Virus record (IMG/VR): IMGVR_UViG_3300025276_000022
Reading direction: 5' to 3' (one strand)
DNA length: 64,000 nt
Source of the DNA: a virus
Each line of letters starts with the position of its first letter. The stretch's first letter is position 1. The position numbers and the translations under genes were made by a program. Below, one piece after another: positions 38,832-48,539 of this stretch. The notes under the pieces were generated by a model that worked only from the letters and a program-made list of their open reading frames with translations, had not been told where the DNA came from and searched no databases.

Positions 38832-40552
38832 TTAAATTTGAAACCTTACGTTGGAAGAACTTTCTTTCAACAGGCGACTACTATAATGAGATAAACTTCC
38901 TAGACAGTTCTACCAACTTAATCGTTGGTGAGAATGGTGCAGGGAAATCTACAATGCTCGATGCGTTATCGTTTGCATTATTCGGTAAGGCCCATCGGAA
39001 GATTACTAAGAACCAATTAGTCAATACGATTAATAATAAAGGGTGTATTACCGAAGTAACCTTTACTGTGAATAGTGTACAGTATCGTATTGTACGTGGA
39101 ATCAAACCTGCCAAGTTTGAGATCTGGAAAGGTGGGAGCATGATTAATCAGAGTTCCCACGCAAGAGAATACCAAGAGATTCTTGAGAAGAACGTCATAC
39201 AGATGTCTCACAAGAGTTTTCACCAAATTGTTGTCCTCGGCTCGTCGTCTTTTATCCCGTTCATGCAACTCAACTCGACCTCTCGACGTGACGTGATAGA
39301 AGACCTCCTTGACATTAATATCTTCTCAAAGATGAATACTTTACTCAAGGAAAAGACCTCTCTCTTAAAAGGCGAGCTCGAGCACAACACCCACGGTATT
39401 GAAATGATCAAGACTAGGATCAATTCTCAAAAGAAGTATATCCGTGATCTGACTGCTATCAACACTCAACATCGTAAAGATAAAGAGGGTGATATCTCTG
39501 AACTGCATACTGAGATTGAAGAACTAAATGCGGTGAACAGTACTATGTCTGCGACGGTTAACGATTTGCTCCCTACTGTCACCGATAGTTTGTCTACTCT
39601 TCGTGCAAAAAAACAGATACTAGATCAGTACTATGCGCAATTTAAGAATCAGGTAAAGACTGTAGTCAAGGAAGCAAAGTTCTTTGATGATAATGAGCAT
39701 TGTCCTACGTGTGACCAAGACATCGCAGAAGAGTTACGTCAAGAGAAAAAGCACTCTGCGACTTCTAAAGCGAAAGAGCTCAAAGGCACAATGGATAAGG
39801 CTGAAGTTCAACGCCAAGAATATGAAGATGAGATAGTTATATTAGAGTCTCGAATGAAAGAATGCCTTGCTGATCAGAATACGTTGAACAATAACAATCA
39901 AACCATTAGTCGTTTGCAGCGGTCTATCTCTAAGATTAAATCTGATTTAGACGACATGACTACAAACTCTGGTGATATGGGTCAGGCTAATACAGACCTT
40001 ACTACACTAGACTCTGAATTGCATGACTTGACCGACAGTAAGTTCATACTTAATGAAAGAGCGTCTTATAACCGCATTGCTAGTGAGTTGTTGCGTGACA
40101 CCGGAATTAAGACTAAGATTATCCGACAGTACGTACCAGTCATTAATGAACTGACTAACAAGTACTTACAGATACTAGACTTCTTTGTACACTTTGAATT
40201 GGATGATAGTTTCAGCGAAACCATCCGGTCACGATACCGAGACACGTTCTCTTATGACTCATTCTCTGAGGGTGAGAAACAACGTATTGACTTATCCCTA
40301 TTATTTACTTGGCGTAACATTGCCAAGATGAAGAATTCCATATCGACTAACTTGTTGATTTTGGATGAAACGTTCGACTCTTCGTTGGACGGTGAAGGTG
40401 TAGATAATCTTATGAAGATCATCGACACATTGAAAGAAGACACCAATGTCTTTGTAATCTCTCACAAGACTGAACTTGAGGATGCTCACTTCGAACGCAA
40501 GTTGACATTCATCAAAGATAAAAACTTCAGCCGAATGAAGGAAAGCACTTGA
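38828..40552 (+). CDS. gp46: Recombination ATPase, Rad50-like
   Basis: GENGAGKST; CPTC zinc hook; FSEGEKQRID; LILDE. Confidence 0.95.
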   Translation: MIKFETLRWKNFLSTGDYYNEINFLDSSTNLIVGENGAGKSTMLDALSFALFGKAHRKITKNQLVNTINNKGCITEVTFTVNSVQYRIVRGIKPAKFEIWKGGSMINQSSHAREYQEILEKNVIQMSHKSFHQIVVLGSSSFIPFMQLNSTSRRDVIEDLLDINIFSKMNTLLKEKTSLLKGELEHNTHGIEMIKTRINSQKKYIRDLTAINTQHRKDKEGDISELHTEIEELNAVNSTMSATVNDLLPTVTDSLSTLRAKKQILDQYYAQFKNQVKTVVKEAKFFDDNEHCPTCDQDIAEELRQEKKHSATSKAKELKGTMDKAEVQRQEYEDEIVILESRMKECLADQNTLNNNNQTISRLQRSISKIKSDLDDMTTNSGDMGQANTDLTTLDSELHDLTDSKFILNERASYNRIASELLRDTGIKTKIIRQYVPVINELTNKYLQILDFFVHFELDDSFSETIRSRYRDTFSYDSFSEGEKQRIDLSLLFTWRNIAKMKNSISTNLLILDETFDSSLDGEGVDNLMKIIDTLKEDTNVFVISHKTELEDAHFERKLTFIKDKNFSRMKEST

Positions 40553-40577
40553 CAGACGGGTGTAAACACTGTATAAT
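40549..40577 (+). promoter_or_regulatory. sigma70 promoter (gp45)
   Basis: TTGACA-17 bp-TATAAT. Confidence 0.8.
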
Positions 40578-40606
40578 GATCACCATACTAACTAAGGAAT
40601 ATAACA

Positions 40607-41284
40607 ATGGAATTATCTAGTCGCACGGTCGAGATCCTACGTAACTTCTCGACAATCAATCCAAACATCGTAGTCAATGGCGGTAACGTCCTGAAGACTA
40701 TGTCGATAGCAAAGAACATCGTCTCTCGTGCTGAGATCGAAGAAAGTTTTCCGAACACCTTCGGTATCTATGATCTCTCTGAGTTTCTATCTGTGTTGTC
40801 ATTAGTAGATCGTCCATCGATTACTTTCGGTGATAACTTCTGTACCGTATCAGACGGTAGTGGATTATCGTCGGTCAAATACTTCTACTCTGATCCAGAA
40901 ATGCTTTCTGCACCTAAGAAAGATATCGTAATGCCTGAGTGTGAAGTTAAGTTCTTGCTTACTAATGATACCCTAGGTAAGATCAAACGTGCGTCGTCTG
41001 CACTTGGTTATGACAATATCTCTATCCGTCCAAACGGAAAGTCTATTGAGATTAACGTAGTCGACGCAAATGACAAAACGTCTAACTCATATTCTGTATT
41101 AGTCGAAGGTGAATTCCCTGAATGGGATGACTTCAACTTTATCATGGGTGTGAGTAATATGAAGCTGTTAGGCGGTGACTATGAAGTATCAATCTCAACT
41201 AAATTGATATCTCACTTCAAATCAGTAAACTCAGAGACGCAATACTTCATTGCTCTCGAAAAGTCATCTACCTACGGAGCATAA
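40607..41284 (+). CDS. gp45: Sliding clamp
   Basis: LRNFSTINPNI; FGIYDLSEFL; YFIALE. Confidence 0.93.
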   Translation: MELSSRTVEILRNFSTINPNIVVNGGNVLKTMSIAKNIVSRAEIEESFPNTFGIYDLSEFLSVLSLVDRPSITFGDNFCTVSDGSGLSSVKYFYSDPEMLSAPKKDIVMPECEVKFLLTNDTLGKIKRASSALGYDNISIRPNGKSIEINVVDANDKTSNSYSVLVEGEFPEWDDFNFIMGVSNMKLLGGDYEVSISTKLISHFKSVNSETQYFIALEKSSTYGA

Positions 41285-41285
41285 C

Positions 41286-41501
41286 ATGACTGAAGAACAA
41301 AAATCCCTAAATGACCTATCGAACCGTGTAGCACGATCATGTGTTGCAGTTGTCGACACAGTAGTAACACGTGGTGGTTTTAAAGGTGAAGAACTAACTA
41401 CCATCGGTCAACTACGTGACCAAGCGATCCAAGTAGTAGCACTCTATGAGACTGTTGCGAAGGCACACGCTGAAGCTGCTTCTAAACCTAAAAAGAAGTA
41501 G
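41286..41501 (+). CDS. Conserved hypothetical protein
   Basis: GGAG RBS before MTEEQK; RGGFKGEEL..IGQLRD. Confidence 0.6.
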   Translation: MTEEQKSLNDLSNRVARSCVAVVDTVVTRGGFKGEELTTIGQLRDQAIQVVALYETVAKAHAEAASKPKKK

Positions 41502-41601
41502 ACCCTCTTATCGGTCTCTTGGTTCGCGATGTCTTTGCCCGAGATATGATTTGAATTGATTATATATATTATGACTAAATTGAATCAAGAGACCGACCTA
41601 A

Positions 41602-41868
41602 TTGTTAAAGTTAAACCCCAGTATAGCTAAAGAATCCGCAGTTCATGTATTGTCTGGGGCTATGGTCAATTACCCTCTCAATATATTTTTCCTTTGGTTA
41701 ATTATAGAACGATGGGGAATAACTGATCCGTTCTGGATAACTAACATAATTACTTGTTGGTTCTCCATCACTGCTTTCACTCGCATATATATAATAAGGT
41801 CATATGCAGAAAAACGCAAGTCAAAGAAACGCTCGGATAGCTCAGTTGGTAGAGCAGCTGACTTGTAA
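41602..41868 (+). CDS. Small two-TM membrane protein overlapping the tRNA
   Basis: Two hydrophobic segments and a basic tail; TTG start uncertain. Confidence 0.5.
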   Translation: MLKLNPSIAKESAVHVLSGAMVNYPLNIFFLWLIIERWGITDPFWITNIITCWFSITAFTRIYIIRSYAEKRKSKKRSDSSVGRAADL

Positions 41869-41906
41869 TCAGCAGGTCGCAGGTTCGACTCCTGTTCCGA
41901 GCTCCA
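41831..41906 (+). tRNA. tRNA-Thr(UGU)
   Basis: Full cloverleaf: GCTCGGA/TCCGAGC acceptor stem, GCTGA-CTTGTAA-TCAGC anticodon arm, TTCGA T-loop, encoded CCA; 76 nt. Confidence 0.97.
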
Positions 41907-41938
41907 TTTCTTTTATTGAAAATAAGTACCCTTTACTA

Positions 41939-41967
41939 TTTACATGAGAGGTTTATTGTAGTATAAT
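41939..41967 (+). promoter_or_regulatory. sigma70-like promoter (gp44)
   Basis: TTTACA-17 bp-TATAAT. Confidence 0.6.
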
Positions 41968-42002
41968 AGCCTCATTGAATTATATTTTATTATGGAGTTA
42001 AC

Positions 42003-42947
42003 ATGAGCAATGAGTTTTTGTGGGTAGAGAAGTATCGCCCAAAGAAAGTTTCAGAAACAATCCTTCCCTCTGAGTTAAAGCAGACCTTTCAAAACATTGT
42101 AGATGGTGGAGAAATCCCAAACATGATGTTTGCTGGTACTGCTGGTACTGGTAAGACAACTGTCGCTAAGGCAATCTGTGAAGAACTAGATCTAGATTAC
42201 ATCGTGATCAACGGTTCGGAAGAAGGTAATATCGAAACACTGCGCGGCAAGATCCGTCAGTTCGCATCATCGGTCTCTCTGTCCGGTGGTTATAAAGTAG
42301 TTATCCTAGATGAGGCTGACTATCTAAATCCCCAATCAACGCAACCTGCTCTCCGTGGGTTTATCGAAGAGTTCTCTAACAACTGTCGTTTTATTATGAC
42401 TTGTAACTTCGAGAACAAGATCATCGAACCTCTTCACTCAAGATGTTCTAAGTACGCCTTTAACTTTGATAAGAAGACCATGACCTCCCTATGTGGTGGA
42501 TTCATGACGAGACTTCAAGGGATCCTCGACGGAGAAGGTGTTGAATATGATAACAAGGTTGTTGCTAATCTCATCATGAGACATGCTCCTGATTGGAGAC
42601 GTGTGTTAAACGAATGCCAGAAAGGTTCTATATCTGGTACACTGAATGTTGTTAGTAACCTCAGCGTAGATCTCTCTGACACCTACACTCAGTTGTTCAC
42701 TGCACTTCGTGAGAAGAACTTTAAGAAGATGCGATCGTGGGTAGTAAACAATATTGATGTTGAACCAGCGACAATCTTCCGTGGGGTTTACGACAAGATG
42801 TATGAACACGTCTCGCCAAATAGTATTCCTCAGTTGGTATTAATCCTCGCAGACTACCAGTACAAGAATGCGTTTGTCGCAGACCATGAGTTAAATCTTG
42901 TTGCATGTATGACCGAGGTTATGGCCAACGTGGAGATCAAACCGTGA
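42003..42947 (+). CDS. gp44: Clamp loader large subunit
   Basis: LWVEKYRP; GTGKTT; ILDEAD; LHSRC. Confidence 0.95.
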   Translation: MSNEFLWVEKYRPKKVSETILPSELKQTFQNIVDGGEIPNMMFAGTAGTGKTTVAKAICEELDLDYIVINGSEEGNIETLRGKIRQFASSVSLSGGYKVVILDEADYLNPQSTQPALRGFIEEFSNNCRFIMTCNFENKIIEPLHSRCSKYAFNFDKKTMTSLCGGFMTRLQGILDGEGVEYDNKVVANLIMRHAPDWRRVLNECQKGSISGTLNVVSNLSVDLSDTYTQLFTALREKNFKKMRSWVVNNIDVEPATIFRGVYDKMYEHVSPNSIPQLVLILADYQYKNAFVADHELNLVACMTEVMANVEIKP

Positions 42948-43324
42948 GTCCTTTTGACTTCGTGAAAAGTATTAATGACACTAAGATTAATCTAATAGAT
43001 CAGGACAAAGGTAACGCCAAATACTATAATGGTTTTGTTATAAATAGATCTTTATCATATTTTCCAGATACCGTCATATTATCTAACGAAATGAATAGAT
43101 TGCACCATTTAGATGCCAAGATGCAATATGACTTTCTTATAAATATTGTAAGGAAAAAGAAGAGATTCTCTAAATGGGATAAACCTGAGCAAAGAGCGGA
43201 CATTGAATGTATCAAAGAATATTTTGGATACAGTGAACAAAAAGCAAAGCAAGTGATAGGGCTCTTAACAGAATCACAAATAAAAACCATAACTCAAAAG
43301 GTTACTAAAGGTGGAAGAGAATAA
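42944..43324 (+). CDS. gp62: Clamp loader small subunit
   Basis: GTG start (SPFDFVKSIN); INRSLSYF.D; RKKKRFSKW; between gp44 and regA. Confidence 0.88.
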   Translation: MSPFDFVKSINDTKINLIDQDKGNAKYYNGFVINRSLSYFPDTVILSNEMNRLHHLDAKMQYDFLINIVRKKKRFSKWDKPEQRADIECIKEYFGYSEQKAKQVIGLLTESQIKTITQKVTKGGRE

Positions 43325-43721
43325 TCTAGTTCAATGGAATTCGGACATGATGTTAGAAATCAGTCTGTCTGAACCTGACGACTTTTTAAAAGTCAGAGAA
43401 ACTCTAACGCGTATAGGTGTTGCCTCTCGTAGAGATAACACACTATACCAATCTTGTCATATCTTGCACAAACAGGGTAGGTACTTTATCGTCCACTTTA
43501 AAGAATTATTTTTATTGGACGGGAAGAAATCTAATCTAGAAACAACAGATATGGAAAGACGTAATACAATTGCCACCCTGCTTGCAGACTGGGGTTTAGT
43601 TGGAATAGTTAATAAAGAAGTCGCACGTGAATGTGCACCAATGAGACAGATCAAGATCATCTCGTTTAAAGATAAGTCTGAATGGACTCTGCAACCAAAA
43701 TACAACATTGGAAATAGTTAA
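43311..43721 (+). CDS. regA: Translational repressor RegA
   Basis: DDFLKVRETLTRIG; LYQSCHILHKQGRYFIVHFKELF.LDG. Confidence 0.96.
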   Translation: MEENNLVQWNSDMMLEISLSEPDDFLKVRETLTRIGVASRRDNTLYQSCHILHKQGRYFIVHFKELFLLDGKKSNLETTDMERRNTIATLLADWGLVGIVNKEVARECAPMRQIKIISFKDKSEWTLQPKYNIGNS

Positions 43722-43734
43722 GAGAGATTAAATT

Positions 43735-44271
43735 ATGATAGGTTATGGAATATTTGAAGAACGTGATGATTTTATTAAGAACAAGAAACCGTTCTTTGGT
43801 AAGTTGCCGATAGACGTTCCTGCAACGTTTGATTGGAATATGTATATGGAACTGATGGATAGTCATCCAGAAGAATTATATGATCGTAATACAAAGAAGA
43901 TGCGGCTAGGATTGAATTCATTTCATTCTCGTCCATCAGCACCTCAGTTTGCTAAAGACATTGTTGCTGAGATGGAAGACTTTTTTACTCTACATGCAGG
44001 AAAGATTACTAATATTGCGTTTAGTGGGTTTGGTCGTGAGAGCGATAGTTACCCATGGCACAATGATTCTATGGACGTGTTCTTATGTCAGGCTATCTCG
44101 ACTATAGGTCTACGAGTGGAAGGTGTTAATAATGATGAGAAATTCGATTTTAAACCAGGCGACTATGTTTGGATTCCAAGAGGAACTCATCACCAGATCA
44201 TCCCTACAGACTCGCGAGTAACATTCTCGTTTGGTGTTGAAGGTGATCCAGATCCCTCGATGTATTTCTAG
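43735..44271 (+). CDS. Cupin/JmjC-like Fe(II) oxygenase
   Basis: WHND.MDVF...PGDYVWIPRGTHHQ...RVTFSF. Confidence 0.7.
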   Translation: MIGYGIFEERDDFIKNKKPFFGKLPIDVPATFDWNMYMELMDSHPEELYDRNTKKMRLGLNSFHSRPSAPQFAKDIVAEMEDFFTLHAGKITNIAFSGFGRESDSYPWHNDSMDVFLCQAISTIGLRVEGVNNDEKFDFKPGDYVWIPRGTHHQIIPTDSRVTFSFGVEGDPDPSMYF

Positions 44272-44325
44272 GATCTAAGTAGTAAAATAACTTTAAGTTA
44301 TTACTATTATTAAAGTTATAAGTTG

Positions 44326-44401
44326 TATAAATAGTAGGGATGTGCCGAATCGTCGGGCATCCATTTTAAACTTGCTAACTAATTTAGGAGTTAACGACAT
44401 G
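44326..44401 (+). promoter_or_regulatory. Late promoter plus two-hairpin 5' UTR (ROSE-like thermometer) of hsp20
   Basis: TATAAATA at 44326; hairpin 44338-44362; CTTGCT (44371) pairs with SD AGGAG (44386). Confidence 0.6.
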
Positions 44402-44881
44402 ACATTAACAGCAAAAACTATATTTCCTCGTTCAGCATTCGTTGGTTTTGATACAATGATTGATGACATGGATCGTATTACACGGCACTCGAATGACACA
44501 TTCCCTCCGCACAATATTTTAAAGACGGGTGAGGATCAATACCTAATTGAGCTTGCAGTAGCTGGATTCAGCGAAGAAGAGCTTGAAATCGAAGTAAAGA
44601 ACCGAACACTGACCATTCGAGGTCGCCATAAAGATACAGGTAGAGAGTATATCCATAAGGGTATATCACAAAAAAGATTCGAACGACAATTTAGGCTGTC
44701 GGAGTATGTTGAAGTAATGGGAGCTGATTTCAGTCAAGGACTATTGGCCGTCATATTGGAAGTAGTGGTACCTGAAAGTCAGAAGCCTCGTCAAATAGCA
44801 ATTAACGGAACTCAAAAACTGAGTCCCCAAATTCTTAACGAGGAGAAAATTAATGTATCAGATAAAGGAATACATGGCTAG
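44399..44881 (+). CDS. hsp20: Small heat-shock protein (Hsp20/IbpA-like)
   Basis: FPPHNI; IELAVAGF; YIHKGIS.K.F.R.F.L; PE..KPRQIAI; AGGAG RBS. Confidence 0.92.
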   Translation: MTLTAKTIFPRSAFVGFDTMIDDMDRITRHSNDTFPPHNILKTGEDQYLIELAVAGFSEEELEIEVKNRTLTIRGRHKDTGREYIHKGISQKRFERQFRLSEYVEVMGADFSQGLLAVILEVVVPESQKPRQIAINGTQKLSPQILNEEKINVSDKGIHG

Positions 44882-44975
44882 ACGCGATGCCTTCAACTTA
44901 GAAACGATGGGTTTCTTAGGTATCAACTTAGTATGTATCTGCACTGTGATTCTTTGCATATCATCTATAATGTAA
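44853..44975 (+). CDS. 40-aa single-TM small protein (MYQIKEY...)
   Basis: GAGGAG RBS; hydrophobic C-half; ends just before the terminator; below the ORF-track cutoff. Confidence 0.55.
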   Translation: MYQIKEYMARRDAFNLETMGFLGINLVCICTVILCISSIM

Positions 44976-44981
44976 ATAACG

Positions 44982-45009
44982 AAAGGGAGACTTCAATCTC
45001 CCTTTTTTT
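44982..45009 (+). terminator. Rho-independent terminator
   Basis: AAAGGGAGA-CTTCAA-TCTCCC followed by T7. Confidence 0.85.
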
Positions 45010-45735
45010 ATGTCCCAAGGAAAGTTAATGAATTACGACATTAATAAATTTGAAGAGTTCGGTTATGTTATAGTAACTGACTTTTTGTCGACTGTCGAAC
45101 ACCAACGTCTGAACGAAGAATGTGACACATATCGTAAGTACGCTGTTAGACTTTTTGATAATAGAAACGGTTGGATTATAAACTCTCCGAAAAATCCTTG
45201 TAAGTTGGACGGTGCGATGCAAAGAAGCTTGGTCTTCAGAGACTTGGGTTCTAATGATACGCTCAAGGAAGTTGCACGACAACTGCTAGATCAGAACGAC
45301 ATAGATACCTACATCTCTAAGTTTTTCCCTATGGTACCACTCGAAGGGTTTTCGGTGGGGTGGCACCAAGACAATCATTATATCAAGGCCGACCCTAGTC
45401 GTCTGATCAGTTGTGATGTATTTGTTAATGGTGCGGATAAGGAGAATGGTTGCCTACGTATTATACCTAACTCCCATACCGAAGAGTTTGACCATAACCA
45501 GAGATCACACCGTGTGTTTGACTGGATAGATATAGACGAAGAGTGTTCGACTATAGTAGACATAGAGTGTGACACTACATTCGCAGTTTTCTTTCACCCA
45601 AACCTAGTACATGGATGTTATAGAAATAGAAGTGATAGATATCGTTATAGTATTGCTTGGGAATATATTCATGAAGGATATGTTCCGAAAACACATAATG
45701 GCCATAATTCTCAGGATAGGTTACCCGTGATATGA
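45010..45735 (+). CDS. PhyH-family 2OG-Fe(II) dioxygenase (start may be 45028)
   Basis: FEEFGYVIV; GWHQD; ENGCLRIIPNSH; HG..N.SD..R. Confidence 0.85.
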   Translation: MSQGKLMNYDINKFEEFGYVIVTDFLSTVEHQRLNEECDTYRKYAVRLFDNRNGWIINSPKNPCKLDGAMQRSLVFRDLGSNDTLKEVARQLLDQNDIDTYISKFFPMVPLEGFSVGWHQDNHYIKADPSRLISCDVFVNGADKENGCLRIIPNSHTEEFDHNQRSHRVFDWIDIDEECSTIVDIECDTTFAVFFHPNLVHGCYRNRSDRYRYSIAWEYIHEGYVPKTHNGHNSQDRLPVI

Positions 45736-46532
45736 AAGCAATACAGATTGTAATAAAAGGTGACGAACGATCAGAAGAATATGCACATCTTTCTAGACGT
45801 TCTTTCCAACGTGCCATCGACGATGGTTACATCGACTCCATCGAAACCTTCGATGCGATCACCCCCCAATCAGAAGACTTCCAAGAACATGTAGATAAGT
45901 ACACGTGGGATAAGAGTCTGATGACTCTAGATACACTTTCCGGAAAGGGTAAGGATGATCATTCCCCTACAGAGAAAGCTGGGATGTGTTCTCACTGGGA
46001 ACTTATGCGTCAACAAGGAGAGTCAGACGAGAAGTTCTGGATCATGGAACACGACACTTGGTTGATAGAAGAACGTTATGAAGCGTTTAAACTTCTCTCG
46101 GAGTACTCTGAAAACACCCTCTATGCGAACATTGGACTATTCATGGGCATGTACTGCATGGACAAAGGGTTTGCTCACTGGAGTCAACACATGTTGACCA
46201 ACAACGATTTTCCTATAAACTGCGGCCCATACTGCGTTTTACAACGTCTTTTCAGAACATACACAACTGACTACCTTACTCGCCCAGAAATAAATTATTA
46301 CGGAATTCGCAATACCGCCTTGCATCCTTGGTCTGGATGTGATACAATAGGCGTAGGTCGTGACATTGGAGTTTACTTTAATTTATTTGACGAACATAAT
46401 ACTGGTATCCCAACACCAACAACTCAGTTGATTTCAAAACGTCTGAGTGTGACTCAAGACCACCATGGCTATAAAGATACGCATATACAAGAACCTTGGA
46501 CTAGACACAAATTCTTTAAGGTAATTGATTGA
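45732..46532 (+). CDS. Glycosyltransferase family 25-like protein
   Basis: FDAITP; EKAGMCSHWELM; IMEHD. Confidence 0.55.
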   Translation: MKAIQIVIKGDERSEEYAHLSRRSFQRAIDDGYIDSIETFDAITPQSEDFQEHVDKYTWDKSLMTLDTLSGKGKDDHSPTEKAGMCSHWELMRQQGESDEKFWIMEHDTWLIEERYEAFKLLSEYSENTLYANIGLFMGMYCMDKGFAHWSQHMLTNNDFPINCGPYCVLQRLFRTYTTDYLTRPEINYYGIRNTALHPWSGCDTIGVGRDIGVYFNLFDEHNTGIPTPTTQLISKRLSVTQDHHGYKDTHIQEPWTRHKFFKVID

Positions 46533-46540
46533 TAAGGGGG

Positions 46541-46569
46541 TTGACAGACAGCGCTAAATAATGTATAAT
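46541..46569 (+). promoter_or_regulatory. sigma70 promoter (DNA modification cassette)
   Basis: TTGACA-17 bp-TATAAT. Confidence 0.8.
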
Positions 46570-46595
46570 GTATATTAAATCGTGAAAGGTCTTAT

Positions 46596-47744
46596 ATGAA
46601 TTATCAACCATACAATCTCCAAGATGTCTATGACGCGGCATCTCAGAAAAAATTTAAAGTAGTGTCTACGTTCGCTGGCGGTGGTGGTTCATCCACTGGA
46701 TACCGACTGGCAGGTGCTGACATTCTCGCAGTTAACGAGTTCGTCGAAGAAGCACGGGTCACCTATAAAGAGAACTATCCGGACACTCCAATTCTTCCCG
46801 ACGATATCAAACAACTATCTGGTAAAGATTTCCTAGAGCTCACTGGTCTCAAGAAAGGTGAACTGGATATTCTTGACGGATCTCCTCCTTGCTCTGCATT
46901 TTCTGTTGCAGGCAAACTCTCTCATTCATCTGATGGTAAACACTCTGATGGTTGGGGACAGACCAAGTCCTATAGTGACGGTAAGATTGTCGAGAACATC
47001 GAAGACTTGTTCTTTGAGTTCTTACGTGTAGCTAAAGAAATCTCCCCCAAGGTAATCATCGCAGAGAATGTTAAAGGTCTGACCATTGGTGAGGCAAAAG
47101 AATACTACAACCGCATCCTTAATGAATTCGAGAATATTGGATATGAGGTTGTCTCTGAGGTTATGGATTCTCGTTACTACGGTGTCTCTCAGACTCGTAC
47201 TCGTGTAATCTTCATTGCCGTAAGACAAGATGTTGCCGACGAGGTTGGGTTAAACTTCCTAACTATGAATCACTTGTTCCCTGCACCAAGCCGCACAGCG
47301 ATCCCTCTCAAGGATGTTCTGGTTGGTCTGGAGTATGATAACGAAGAAGTCGAGTACCTAACAGAGAAGTTCGAAAGAACTGCGTACTGGAAAGATACTG
47401 GATCTCTGATGCCAACCTTTCCTGATAAAGTTTTGACTGGGGGTGACTATCATCCGAAAGGTCACCACTTCAATCTCAAGAGAGTATCGCTCGAAGTCCC
47501 TGCCCCTACTCTTACTGCGATGGGTAGCGGAGATACTACTGCTGGTGCATTTCATTGGAGTGATCCAAGAAAGTTGACACTAGGTGAATTAAAGCGTATA
47601 ATGTCACTACCCGATGACTTTAAACTAACGGGCAAGTGGAACCAGAAGGCAGAACGTATTGGTCGTATGGTACCACCATTAATGATGAAACAGATTGCTG
47701 AGTCAGTCTATGATAACGTATTGAAGGTATATAATGAAAGATAG
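46596..47744 (+). CDS. DNA cytosine-C5 methyltransferase-family enzyme, probable carboxymethyltransferase
   Basis: FAGGGG (I), GSPPCSAFS (IV), ENV (VI), Q.R.R (VIII); motif X reads GRMV rather than GN[AS]V. Confidence 0.85.
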   Translation: MNYQPYNLQDVYDAASQKKFKVVSTFAGGGGSSTGYRLAGADILAVNEFVEEARVTYKENYPDTPILPDDIKQLSGKDFLELTGLKKGELDILDGSPPCSAFSVAGKLSHSSDGKHSDGWGQTKSYSDGKIVENIEDLFFEFLRVAKEISPKVIIAENVKGLTIGEAKEYYNRILNEFENIGYEVVSEVMDSRYYGVSQTRTRVIFIAVRQDVADEVGLNFLTMNHLFPAPSRTAIPLKDVLVGLEYDNEEVEYLTEKFERTAYWKDTGSLMPTFPDKVLTGGDYHPKGHHFNLKRVSLEVPAPTLTAMGSGDTTAGAFHWSDPRKLTLGELKRIMSLPDDFKLTGKWNQKAERIGRMVPPLMMKQIAESVYDNVLKVYNER

Positions 47745-48453
47745 AGAAAGCACAACCCATAGAGATTTTACATTCGGTCACCGCGAAGAAGGTTTCGATA
47801 ATCATATCGATGCTTCGATTCGCCACTACTCCTCACTACACGATGACGTAGTAAACTTATCTCGTTACTTTGTAGAGAACGATACTAAGGTTGTAGACAT
47901 TGGATGTAGTACAGGTAAGACCATCGAAGCCATGGTCAAACAGAATCATGAAACTGCGCCCAATGCACATTACTGTGGTGTTGAGTATGCCGAAGTGTTT
48001 CAAGCAGAGATGACTGATCGAGAAAAGAGACTTAATGGTGAAGGTCATCATATCTGTTTTCAAAACAAGAACATCATCCACCACAACTTTTCAAACTGTT
48101 CTCTTGTAACTTCTATCTTCACGTTGCAGTTCATGCAACCGCTATGGAGAAAGAAGGTAATGCAAAACATCTATGATGGTCTTAACGAAGGCGGTGCGTT
48201 CATCTTTGCCGAGAAGACTTATTCAGAGAACTCACGTATCCAAGATATGATAACCTCTACGTTCTATGAGTACAAAGCAGAGCACTTCACCTATGAAGAT
48301 ATTATGGAGAAAGAGAAGACTCTCCGAACTATGTTGAAACCAATGACTTGGAACGAGCTTGTCGCTCTACTAACCTCAGTTGGTTTTGATTCGACAAAGA
48401 TTCAACCGTTCTGGATGAATCATTTGTTCGTCGGTGCTATTGCAATAAAGTAA
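47734..48453 (+). CDS. cmoA: CmoA-like carboxy-SAM synthase / SAM-dependent enzyme
   Basis: FDNHIDASIRHY; DIGCSTG; FTLQF; IYDGLNEGGAFIFAEK all parallel E. coli CmoA. Confidence 0.75.
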   Translation: MKDRESTTHRDFTFGHREEGFDNHIDASIRHYSSLHDDVVNLSRYFVENDTKVVDIGCSTGKTIEAMVKQNHETAPNAHYCGVEYAEVFQAEMTDREKRLNGEGHHICFQNKNIIHHNFSNCSLVTSIFTLQFMQPLWRKKVMQNIYDGLNEGGAFIFAEKTYSENSRIQDMITSTFYEYKAEHFTYEDIMEKEKTLRTMLKPMTWNELVALLTSVGFDSTKIQPFWMNHLFVGAIAIK

Positions 48454-48472
48454 ATTATTTAGCTATAAGCCC

Positions 48473-48501
48473 TTGACTTTTGTTTCGAAAAGAGGTATAA
48501 T
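48473..48501 (+). promoter_or_regulatory. sigma70-like promoter
   Basis: TTGACT-17 bp-TATAAT. Confidence 0.65.
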
Positions 48502-48539
48502 AGGTACTTAGTTAATCGAGTTGAGAGAGAAAATATATT

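Noticed and set aside
44342-44398. Longer GTG-started hsp20 N-terminus from the ORF track
   Set aside because: The SD and family alignment point to ATG 44399; the upstream part is the structured UTR. Similar start corrections were applied to gp62, uvsX, 41286 and 59746.
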